A DNA stretch of 41,082 nt from a virus (lineage: Duplodnaviria; Caudoviricetes): positions 1 to 41,082 of the IMG/VR virus record IMGVR_UViG_3300032231_000009; one strand, given 5' to 3'. The notes below the pieces were generated by a model. That model did no database searches. It saw nothing but the letters and a program-made list of their open reading frames with translations, and had not been told where the DNA came from. Position 1 is the first letter of the stretch. Each line of letters opens with the position of its first letter. Positions 28,392 through 36,165 of the stretch are shown piece by piece. A program made the position numbers and the translations under genes.

Positions 28392-28682
28392 ATGGCTAAC
28401 AGCAGAGAGTTCAAGTGCGAAGTTCTGGTAATGATCCAGGACATCGAGATCGACGAGACTCACAGGCTCCAGGTGATGATCTGCTCCTGGAACGGGGCCA
28501 AGCCGAACTTTGAGATTCGGCCCCGTCATGTCAAGAACGGAGAATGGCGCTATGGCCAGGCTCACGTCAAGCTCCGGCTGGACATGCTCAAGATGGTAGT
28601 CTCGGAAGAGCTGCTCCAGGAAGGGCTAACCGCAATGATAGAGCTCGAAGGAGCAGGGGAGGTCGAGAAAGATGAAGCGTAG
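28392..28682 (+). CDS. PC4/YdbC-like ssDNA-binding protein
   Basis: LQVMICSWNGAKPNFEIR...GEW...VKL pattern. Confidence 0.55.
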   Translation: MANSREFKCEVLVMIQDIEIDETHRLQVMICSWNGAKPNFEIRPRHVKNGEWRYGQAHVKLRLDMLKMVVSEELLQEGLTAMIELEGAGEVEKDEA

Positions 28683-29211
28683 TCATCCCACGCCTATCCA
28701 TCCTGAGCCCCATCTGTTAGCGGGCAAGACGGTTCTCGTCCCCTCCAAGAACTTCGAGCTGGAGATCAAAGGCAGGGCACCTACCCTGGACTTCGTGGTG
28801 GAAGACTGGTGGGACAGGGTCTCTGGATACTCTTGGAAGAGGGGCAATGGAAACTTCGCCTGCTCGAACTACTACGCTCGGCAGACGATTCTGCACCTAC
28901 CCTACGACGACGAAGTAATCTACGGCAAGATAGGAGCCTTCGGCTACCTGGCCCATGTCTCCGAACTCCAGGAAGGCCAAGAACCCAGCACTACCTACTT
29001 CCAGCACTGGGCACCTACTCTGGAACAGGCCCAGAAAGAAGTCGGCGGGATGGTTCAGCTCCTCGAGCTCAGGGATGGACGCCAGCTCCTATGCAACGAA
29101 GAAGGGAAGATACATGGTCTACCCTTCAATGAGGAAGCTACGTCCATCGCAGACGGACACCAGATCGTGGGCAATGCCATGATCCTCACTGACGGGGCTA
29201 AGTGGTCATGA
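28672..29211 (+). CDS. Two-domain protein with C-terminal DUF3846-like domain
   Basis: TLEQAQKEVGG...CNEEGKIHGLPFN..AT...IVGNA. Confidence 0.7.
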   Translation: MKRSHPTPIHPEPHLLAGKTVLVPSKNFELEIKGRAPTLDFVVEDWWDRVSGYSWKRGNGNFACSNYYARQTILHLPYDDEVIYGKIGAFGYLAHVSELQEGQEPSTTYFQHWAPTLEQAQKEVGGMVQLLELRDGRQLLCNEEGKIHGLPFNEEATSIADGHQIVGNAMILTDGAKWS

Positions 29212-29399
29212 ACGGTCGCCGAGCAAAGAAGCTTCGACGTATCGTCGAGCAGGCTACTGTAGGACATCCCTGGAGAGCCTACGTCGATAAGACTGGAAAG
29301 CTCGTGGTCTACAAAGACATTGGCCACTACGTCGGCCATAAACTGATCCTCAGCCCTAGCTGTGGAAGGGCCATCTACCAGAAGGCAAAGAAGCTATGA
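29208..29399 (+). CDS. Small basic hypothetical protein
   Basis: MNGRRAKKLRR...RAIYQKAKK; ATGA coupling. Confidence 0.6.
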   Translation: MNGRRAKKLRRIVEQATVGHPWRAYVDKTGKLVVYKDIGHYVGHKLILSPSCGRAIYQKAKKL

Positions 29400-30001
29400 A
29401 CTCCTGGGACCTACAGCACTACCTAAGAGGGCTAAGGTCTATGGAACTCGGAGAACTCCTAACGGAGTATCTCCGGGTTTTTGAGTTCGAAGCTCCGAGG
29501 ACCCTGTCCAAGAAGTGGCTATATAACAACATAGCCTATGAAACCTACTGCTCCGGTAGCGAGGAACCTAATCCCGTCTCCATGAGTAGGCGCATCATGT
29601 GGGCTGACATGCCTACACCAGAGGAAGCTATGGCACAAGCATTCAAGAAACTCACTAAGGCTCAACTCAAGGCATTGTGTAACACGCATGAAGTCAAGTA
29701 TGACGACAGAGACAGAGCGACTACGGTTCAAGCTCTTGTCAATGCTCTCGCCGAAGTCGAAGATCTGTTCGACCATGACAAGACACCTAAGCAACGAGCA
29801 AGGACTAAACGAGACTCAACACTTGCCGAGCGAGGAGTTACGAAACCCCGCGCTAAGAGACATCTCCAGGATAGTCTCCCTGATAGCATCGGAGAACTCC
29901 TGGAACTCAAGAAATCTGCTGCGCCAGATATGCAACGGCGTATTAGGCGTAAGATGCGATCAATCAACCCCAACTGGAAGAAGGAGCTTGGCAATGCCTA
30001 G
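29396..30001 (+). CDS. Hypothetical nucleic-acid-binding protein (DUF2924-like N-terminus)
   Basis: L..M...EL..EY..VF...P...SK.WL...IAY; C-terminal RRIRRKMR. Confidence 0.5.
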   Translation: MNSWDLQHYLRGLRSMELGELLTEYLRVFEFEAPRTLSKKWLYNNIAYETYCSGSEEPNPVSMSRRIMWADMPTPEEAMAQAFKKLTKAQLKALCNTHEVKYDDRDRATTVQALVNALAEVEDLFDHDKTPKQRARTKRDSTLAERGVTKPRAKRHLQDSLPDSIGELLELKKSAAPDMQRRIRRKMRSINPNWKKELGNA

Positions 30002-30314
30002 TGAAGAGTATATGGACGACTTCTCTAGTAACTGCAACGCAGTTCTAGGAGATATGCATCGTCTGCTTCAGGAGAAGCACAAGAAGTATGGCAACCGCTC
30101 AATCACCAAGGGTGGTTACATGAGCATCATCTACAAGATGGAGATGAAGATCGAGCGGTTACGAACCCTCGTAGCTACCAAGGATGATCTCGATGAGCTG
30201 ACCGAGATCGCCGAGTGGAGAGATGACATGCACGACCAGCTCATCGACATTGCAAACTACGGGCTTCTTGGGATCATGCTTCTCGAGAACCTATTCCCCA
30301 AAGAAGGAGACTAG
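29994..30314 (+). CDS. DUF1599 / nucleotide-modification-associated (Nmad1-like) all-alpha protein
   Basis: LL.EKHKKYG, KIERL and DQLIDIANYGLLG motifs; AAGGAG RBS. Confidence 0.75.
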   Translation: MPSEEYMDDFSSNCNAVLGDMHRLLQEKHKKYGNRSITKGGYMSIIYKMEMKIERLRTLVATKDDLDELTEIAEWRDDMHDQLIDIANYGLLGIMLLENLFPKEGD

Positions 30315-30315
30315 C

Positions 30316-30747
30316 ATGGTCAATATCAACGACATTGGAGAGCATGATTGCCCAGACGAGGCAACCGAAGGCGATCGGCTCGAACAGATTTTCGCCAAGC
30401 AGCGGGAGCTGATGCACAAGTATCACCAGATCGGACTGGACAACGGAACGCTCCTTGACCCTAACGTTCCGGTAGACATCAACTCCCACAAGGGTCAGGC
30501 CCAACTCAAGGCCATGAACTCCTACTGTGTGGAAGAACTCTTCGAGGCAATGAATTGTCTCAAGAACAAGGCATGGAAGCAGAGCATGATGGAGACAGAC
30601 ATCGACCACTACCAAGAGGAGCTGGCCGATGCTTTCCACTTCTTCATCGAGCTCTTGATCCTATCGGGGATCTATGCCGACGACATCTTTTCTCTCTACT
30701 TCAAGAAGGCAGCCGTCAACAAGTTTCGGCAACGGAGCAATTACTAA
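30316..30747 (+). CDS. All-alpha dimeric dUTPase/dCTPase (MazG-like NTP pyrophosphatase)
   Basis: EELFEA..CL..KAWK, EELADAFHFF and KAAVNKFRQRSNY motifs. Confidence 0.85.
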   Translation: MVNINDIGEHDCPDEATEGDRLEQIFAKQRELMHKYHQIGLDNGTLLDPNVPVDINSHKGQAQLKAMNSYCVEELFEAMNCLKNKAWKQSMMETDIDHYQEELADAFHFFIELLILSGIYADDIFSLYFKKAAVNKFRQRSNY

Positions 30748-30998
30748 TGAAGCTATCCAAATCCAAGAAGAAGGGCAAGGGCATCGTCCATTGCATCTGT
30801 TCACACTGCAAGAGGCAGGTGACTCGTCGGAGCAGTCTGGCTATCTTGTCCAAGCTCAAGGGAGATGGCTATCCGATGGGTAGGACTCCTGAGAGTCGGA
30901 CCGGCAAGCGCAAGATCATTACTGCCTGTGGCCCGGCTCCTCGTCTCTGTCGCAATCGCATCGTCTGCAACGAGACAGCGGGAGTAGCAAACGCATGA
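30747..30998 (+). CDS. Small basic Cys-containing (Zn-ribbon-like) protein
   Basis: TAATG coupling; CSHC...RLCR...C. Confidence 0.55.
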   Translation: MKLSKSKKKGKGIVHCICSHCKRQVTRRSSLAILSKLKGDGYPMGRTPESRTGKRKIITACGPAPRLCRNRIVCNETAGVANA

Positions 30999-31708
30999 GA
31001 ATCTTCCGCACATGCACTGAAGCTGTCTCGGAAGTGACAAGGGATCTCTATGAAATGGGGGTCCGTGTCCATCCCGAGACAATGCAGAACAAGAAGGTAG
31101 CAGAGGACAGCGACTACAACACGCTGGAACTCATGGGCTATAGTTACATGGTCCAGGGCCCCTTTACCTACTCCGACGTTCGGAACGCAGTAGACTCCAA
31201 CGTAGGCCCTAAGGGCATGGACTACTGTGTAAACGAGTTCTCCGACCGGATCTCTCAGGACATCTTGAACCCTGGTATATCGCACCAGTTCCGTATGGAA
31301 GTCTGGGAAGAATTCCTCGACGAAGATGGGAAGTTCGATTACACCTACAACGAGCGACTGGGGCACGACAACATTGGACGAGTCATCCAGCTCCTGAGAA
31401 AGAACCCGAACTCCAGACAAGGAGTCGTCCCGATCTACTTCAAGCACGTAGACGATAAGCTACGTGGGGGCATCAAACGAATCCCCTGCTCCATGCACTA
31501 TCAGTTCATGCTTCGTAACGGTGAGCTGAACGTGATCTACGTAATGAGGAGCTGTGACATTCACACTCACTTACCTATCGACATGGCCCTGGCGATCATG
31601 ATGCTACAGCACGTGGCCCACGGTATCGGAGCTAAGCAAGGTAACTTCATCCACCAGATCGGTTCTTTGCACATCTACAGCAAAGACGCCCGACCAGGAG
31701 TATTCTAA
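30995..31708 (+). CDS. Thymidylate-synthase-family enzyme, probably dCMP hydroxymethyl- or methyltransferase
   Basis: PNSRQ, IPCSMHYQF, MRSCDIHTHLPID (Asp at the E. coli Asn177 position) and GSLHIY. Confidence 0.85.
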   Translation: MRIFRTCTEAVSEVTRDLYEMGVRVHPETMQNKKVAEDSDYNTLELMGYSYMVQGPFTYSDVRNAVDSNVGPKGMDYCVNEFSDRISQDILNPGISHQFRMEVWEEFLDEDGKFDYTYNERLGHDNIGRVIQLLRKNPNSRQGVVPIYFKHVDDKLRGGIKRIPCSMHYQFMLRNGELNVIYVMRSCDIHTHLPIDMALAIMMLQHVAHGIGAKQGNFIHQIGSLHIYSKDARPGVF

Positions 31709-33444
31709 TGGGCTATGCCAGAGGTTTCGACGTTCGGACATCCGAGCTCAAACGATGGGTATTAGGTGGGCTAGACCTTTCTGCCCCTACCAATTACACC
31801 AAAGAACTCGTAGAAGCAGTTGACATCGAAACCAATGGCAAGCCCTGGTACTCCGGCCAGTGTAGGATAACTACCTGCGCCATCACTGGAATCAAGGGCA
31901 CAAGGGTATATGTCCTGGATGATAGTAGGGATCTAGTAGCCCTATGCAAGAGGCTAAATAACCCCAAGACGGCAAAGGTGTTTCACAATGCAGCCTTTGA
32001 CGTTCTCATGCTCATGAGGGGGCCCATCTCTGTAATCAAGGGCCCCATTCATGACACTATCTCGATGGCTCGATGCGCTAATAATCTCGAGCAATCCGTG
32101 GGCTTGGATAACCTGGGCAAACGATACTGCAAGATGGAGAAGCTGGATGTTGATAAGCCCTGGCTACTCGAACTCGAGGAGCTCAAGAAGTATAACGCTC
32201 GGGACGCCGAGATCACCTATCTCCTATACCATCATTACATAGGTCGTCGAGACAGGGCAGAATGGTGGGATACTTATAGGGACTGCGAACTCGCATTACT
32301 ACCTGTCCTATGTGAAATGGACGACGGGGCACCGGAACTGGATTATGAGTGGGTACTACAGTTTCTCGTAAAGGCGAATCAGGAGATCAAGGGATTGACC
32401 CCAGGACTGGACGGAGTGAATCCCAATAGTCCGAAGCAGGTATCCCTCTATCTATGGGGGAACGATGAGCAAAAAGGACTCATCAAGCCCATGCCCGGCC
32501 AAGTGAGAGGCAAGAAGGGGGATTGGTCATCTGCTGAACGATGGCTCAAGCTCAACATTGGTTATCACCGAAAGAAGAAGGGCAAGAAGGCAAAGAAGGC
32601 AGTGCAATGGATGGAGGATTGCCTCGTCTGGAGATCGTGGATCAAGGATCTAGGGTTTGTAAAGAGTCTTGCTAACTTCGCTCGATACGATGGCAAGGTC
32701 CACGCCAGCTTCTTACCCTTCACAGCCAAGACCGGGCGCTGGAGCTGTAAGCGACCTAACCTGCAACAGATACCAGGAGCCCCGCACTTCGTTCGTCTGG
32801 CCTTCCTGTCCGGAGAAGAGTATGGCGGAGATCTATACTCATTCGACTTCGATCAGATGGAGCTACGCATGGGGGCATCAGTAGCGGGGGACAAAGTCCT
32901 CATGAATATATTCAACGAAGGCGGAGACCCTCATACCCTAACATCCAAACGAGTGGGCATTACTCGAGATCATGCCAAGGTAGTTATCTACTGCTGGATG
33001 TATGGAGGTGGAGGGGACACCATGGCAGAAGTGCTAAGGGTAACTGTCGATGAGGGTAAGGCAGTCATCAGAGGATTGAACGAAGGGTTCCCTCACATCT
33101 CTCGCTACATGAGAAAGATCAAGAGGGAGATGGAAACGAAGGGTAAGATATACACTGCTTGCGGACGTAAGCTACGAACCATGGAGGCTTATCAGGCATT
33201 TGATTACTACATTCAGGGATCAGGTGCTGACATACTAAAGAAAGCTCTAGTAGCTATCTGGAAGATGCTACTCAAGAGTAAATCGGATGCACGCATCGTT
33301 GCTTGTATCCATGACGAAGGGGTTTTCCGAGTACCCAAGCGGGAGAAGGCCAAGCTCAAGACCATAGGCACGATGATGGAAGAGAAGGAGCTATTCAAGC
33401 TACCCCTCACAGTATCGTCGGGCCTGTTTCACGAGAAAAGCTAA
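31708..33444 (+). CDS. polA: Family A DNA polymerase with 3'-5' exonuclease
   Basis: DIET, HNAAFD, YNARD; TGRWS..PNLQQIP, DFDQMELR, R...K...Y...YG, IQGSGAD, IHDE. Confidence 0.93.
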   Translation: MGYARGFDVRTSELKRWVLGGLDLSAPTNYTKELVEAVDIETNGKPWYSGQCRITTCAITGIKGTRVYVLDDSRDLVALCKRLNNPKTAKVFHNAAFDVLMLMRGPISVIKGPIHDTISMARCANNLEQSVGLDNLGKRYCKMEKLDVDKPWLLELEELKKYNARDAEITYLLYHHYIGRRDRAEWWDTYRDCELALLPVLCEMDDGAPELDYEWVLQFLVKANQEIKGLTPGLDGVNPNSPKQVSLYLWGNDEQKGLIKPMPGQVRGKKGDWSSAERWLKLNIGYHRKKKGKKAKKAVQWMEDCLVWRSWIKDLGFVKSLANFARYDGKVHASFLPFTAKTGRWSCKRPNLQQIPGAPHFVRLAFLSGEEYGGDLYSFDFDQMELRMGASVAGDKVLMNIFNEGGDPHTLTSKRVGITRDHAKVVIYCWMYGGGGDTMAEVLRVTVDEGKAVIRGLNEGFPHISRYMRKIKREMETKGKIYTACGRKLRTMEAYQAFDYYIQGSGADILKKALVAIWKMLLKSKSDARIVACIHDEGVFRVPKREKAKLKTIGTMMEEKELFKLPLTVSSGLFHEKS

Positions 33445-33680
33445 TGATGGATTTCAACGCAGTAGTAGGTAAGCTCCTTTCCTATATACTCTTCAACCCT
33501 ATCGGAGTCGCCGAGTCGGCCTTTACCGAGTTCGACATATCTCCCGACTTTCTTCCTGACGATGGGGATAACAAGTTCGCCGTAGTCATAGTAAGGGGAG
33601 AAGCAGCAATCAATTCGTTGACACGGACATACGGAGAAAAGAAAGACCCTAGAGTTATACCACCCGAGGAGATGAACTAA
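33444..33680 (+). CDS. Hypothetical protein
   Basis: TAATG-coupled on both sides. Confidence 0.5.
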   Translation: MMDFNAVVGKLLSYILFNPIGVAESAFTEFDISPDFLPDDGDNKFAVVIVRGEAAINSLTRTYGEKKDPRVIPPEEMN

Positions 33681-34180
33681 TGGCAAGCACACATTACTAC
33701 ATGAACCTGGCACTGACTACACAAGAGGCCAGCTCATGCACCAGACGACACGTTGGGTGCATTATCATCAACGAAGGTAGGGTAGTCTCTACTGGATACA
33801 ACTTTCACCCTCGCAAGTGCGACAACGATGATGTATGTCTCCGAAGGATGCTGGCCGACGATAGAGGGGAGCCCGTCAAGAGCAATACGTCCCTCGAAGA
33901 AGGGGCCTGTATCCACGCGGAGATGAATGCTCTCCTCTTTGCTGACTACAAGGATATCGTGGGCAGCAAAGTATTCGTTACCCACCCACCTTGCCCTATG
34001 TGCACCCGTCTCCTGATTCAAGGTCAGGTAAAGGAAGTGCACTACATAGGTAGCCTCGATCCTTCTTGTAGGCATCTCATTGACTTCCTACTACCAAGCA
34101 CACGATTCCACCGATGGGGTATACAAGACGGAGTACCACGTTGGATATCCCTCTATGTCCCTGCATCCTACCAAGACTGA
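33680..34180 (+). CDS. dCMP deaminase
   Basis: SSC.RRHVGC, GYN, HAEMNAL and PCPMC motifs. Confidence 0.9.
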   Translation: MASTHYYMNLALTTQEASSCTRRHVGCIIINEGRVVSTGYNFHPRKCDNDDVCLRRMLADDRGEPVKSNTSLEEGACIHAEMNALLFADYKDIVGSKVFVTHPPCPMCTRLLIQGQVKEVHYIGSLDPSCRHLIDFLLPSTRFHRWGIQDGVPRWISLYVPASYQD

Positions 34181-34185
34181 GAGCT

Positions 34186-34551
34186 ATGGCTAAGAAACCC
34201 GAAACACTGTTCGTAGAGAAGATCTTCAAGCTTCGCCCTGAAAGGGCATGGTGGTATAACATTCCCACCCAGGCTGGTAAGGCAGGGATCTCTCTCCCTT
34301 TCGACTGTATCTGTCTACTAGACCACCAGATGTTCGCACTGGAGTTCAAGTATGAGGCAGGCTATCTAGGAGCTAAGCCCCACCAGCTAGCCAACCTCGC
34401 CGACATCAATCGAGCAGGGGGTATAGGTCTCCTGGTAGATGGGGATCGTTCTAGGAACGTCAGGATATGGCGCCCAGCTATCCTACCTTCTACGGTCTGG
34501 TTGACGACTACAATCGACGACTTCTGGGGTTTCCTGAAGCAGACATTTTAG
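34186..34551 (+). CDS. VRR-NUC/RecU-like Holliday junction resolvase
   Basis: E..F, PFDC, ALEFK and HQ..NL..I..AGG motifs. Confidence 0.75.
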   Translation: MAKKPETLFVEKIFKLRPERAWWYNIPTQAGKAGISLPFDCICLLDHQMFALEFKYEAGYLGAKPHQLANLADINRAGGIGLLVDGDRSRNVRIWRPAILPSTVWLTTTIDDFWGFLKQTF

Positions 34552-34563
34552 GGCAGATAGGTA

Positions 34564-34592
34564 TTGACAGGGTAATCAGTGATATCTAAAAT
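34564..34592 (+). promoter_or_regulatory. Strong sigma70 promoter
   Basis: TTGACA-17 bp-TAAAAT; GGGT follows the -35. Confidence 0.75.
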
Positions 34593-34641
34593 CACTTGTT
34601 CGTTCATTTCCCAATCCGAAGAAAAGACAGAGGTAAGAACC

Positions 34642-34929
34642 ATGGCAGCCAAGAAGAAGTCAGCCAAGAAGGCAGCAAAGAAGCCCGCAGCATCAAGCAA
34701 GAAGAAGGGCGGCAAGGCCGACAAGAAGGAGCCCGCCGGAAAGCGGGGCCGGAAGAAGGTCCTTGTCGGAGACATCACCCCAGATCAGGGCAAGCGAATG
34801 CGTCGAGCACTGAGAGCACGCGACATCAAGCTCTCTGACCTTCCCGAAGGGCAGACCATCGACGTCACCATCAAGGGTGACAAGATGACCTGCAAGGTCG
34901 GTAAGGACACCATCGAACTCAACGCCTGA
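34642..34929 (+). CDS. Histone-H1-like basic protein, paralogue A
   Basis: GAGGT RBS; Lys/Ala-rich N-tail plus globular GKRMRRALRARDIKLSDLPE domain. Confidence 0.75.
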   Translation: MAAKKKSAKKAAKKPAASSKKKGGKADKKEPAGKRGRKKVLVGDITPDQGKRMRRALRARDIKLSDLPEGQTIDVTIKGDKMTCKVGKDTIELNA

Positions 34930-34933
34930 TCCG

Positions 34934-35176
34934 ATGACCCTCCTCCTACATAGCTCACCGCTAACCAAGAAGGCCCTGAAAGAGCATTGCTCCAAAGGGA
35001 CAACGGAGGGCATCATTCTTCTTGATCCCTCAGTATTCAACCCCATTCGCGGGGGTAGGCCCTTCTGTCTCAACGATCTTCCAGTAGGGCACCAGATCGC
35101 TGTATGTCTCGACCACCCAAAGAGGCGAACCTTTGCCTCCATCGAACGGTCAGGAGACACCTTCAAGATCACGTAG
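34934..35176 (+). CDS. Hypothetical protein
   Basis: TKKALKE...DPSVF...HPKRRTFA pattern; followed by a terminator. Confidence 0.6.
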   Translation: MTLLLHSSPLTKKALKEHCSKGTTEGIILLDPSVFNPIRGGRPFCLNDLPVGHQIAVCLDHPKRRTFASIERSGDTFKIT

Positions 35177-35203
35177 GTACACACGCTGATTGGTCGTCAG
35201 CTT

Positions 35204-35249
35204 GTCCCCTTATCAGAGGCCCTCCGTACTCTGGTAAGGGGACTTTTTT
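35204..35249 (+). terminator. Rho-independent terminator
   Basis: GTCCCCTTATCAGAG...CTCTGGTAAGGGGAC followed by TTTTTT. Confidence 0.85.
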
Positions 35250-35334
35250 GTGATATGATGCACAGGTATTACCCCCGGGGTGTTTTCTGGGGGACTTTTG
35301 AAAAGAGTGATCTCCCTAGAATGGAGTATAAGAA

Positions 35335-35550
35335 ATGTCTCATGAACGCCGCGAAGTAGAACCAGAGCCAGAACACCCAGATGACGTATGCTTCGATTGT
35401 GAAGCTCCTATCGTGGGTAAAGGGGTATATGTTCAAGACACCTTGTCTGGCAATCTCCTGGGTTCTCACTGGATCTGTTCTGTATGTGCCTGTAAAGGCT
35501 CCTCAGACGGATCTTTCGGATCGGTCCTGAAAGGAGGGTCCAGGGCCTGA
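35335..35550 (+). CDS. Small CxxC...CxxC protein
   Basis: GGAG RBS; CFDC and CSVC. Confidence 0.5.
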   Translation: MSHERREVEPEPEHPDDVCFDCEAPIVGKGVYVQDTLSGNLLGSHWICSVCACKGSSDGSFGSVLKGGSRA

Positions 35551-35764
35551 ATGAGTGCATCCAGTTTGGCACGTGCTGGGAATCGCCAATCTCTTAGGTA
35601 TGGATACATGACCTGAGAAGTGGAGATTTCTTAGGACCTATTTAGAAAAGCCCTTTTTTGAGGGCTTTTCGAGTGAAAAACACGAAACTGAAAAAACTTT
35701 ACGAGACACACTGGCTCGCCAAAAGGGAAAAAATTGAGTTAGGTGCGTGTTCGGTTCGGCGTCC

Positions 35765-35903
35765 GTTAGGTGACAAAGTGGCAGGGTTAGGGGCCTGTTA
35801 GGTGACAAAGTGGCAGGGACATTTTGTCAGTGACATAATGTCGGTGACATTGTGTCAGTGACAAATTGTCCGGGTTCGGGTTTTGTTAGGTGTGATTCTG
35901 TCA
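35765..35903. repeat. Array of TGACA-N3-TG(T/G)CA palindromes
   Basis: Copies at 35771, 35803, 35817, 35831, 35845, 35859 (last five at 14-bp period) and a degenerate one at 35891; 22-bp direct repeat at 35765 and 35797. Confidence 0.85.
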
Positions 35904-36022
35904 GTGTGGGGAATGTTAGGTCCTGTCAAAACCCGTGCCAATAGGACCGAACACTTTCCGAACATAATGTAGTTTTTCCCTGTGTTTGGTGTTTGTTCGG
36001 GGTTGGGGTAGATTAGGTGTTT

Positions 36023-36162
36023 GTGATGGCGTTTGTTAGGGGCAAGGTGAGGTCCTGACCGTATGGCGTTTGTAAGGGGTTCGTGATGGCGTTTGTTAGG
36101 TGCCTGTGATGGCGTTTGTTCGGTTGTGGGTATGTTCGGTGCTTGTGATGGGCTTTGTTAGG
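36023..36162. repeat. Five iteron-like GTGATGGCGTTTGTTAGG direct repeats
   Basis: Copies at 36023, 36061, 36083, 36106, 36145 with few mismatches. Confidence 0.85.
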
Positions 36163-36165
36163 TGT

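Noticed and set aside
30995-31708. Ordinary thyA annotation
   Set aside because: Asp replaces the dUMP-specifying Asn, so the gene symbol was withheld
35567-35582. Plus-strand sigma54 promoter TGGCACGTGCTGGGAA
   Set aside because: Good -24 element but no -12 GC
35735-36162. Telomere-like TTAGG/TTAGGG repeats
   Set aside because: Dispersed rather than tandem, and internal to a terminase-packaged genome
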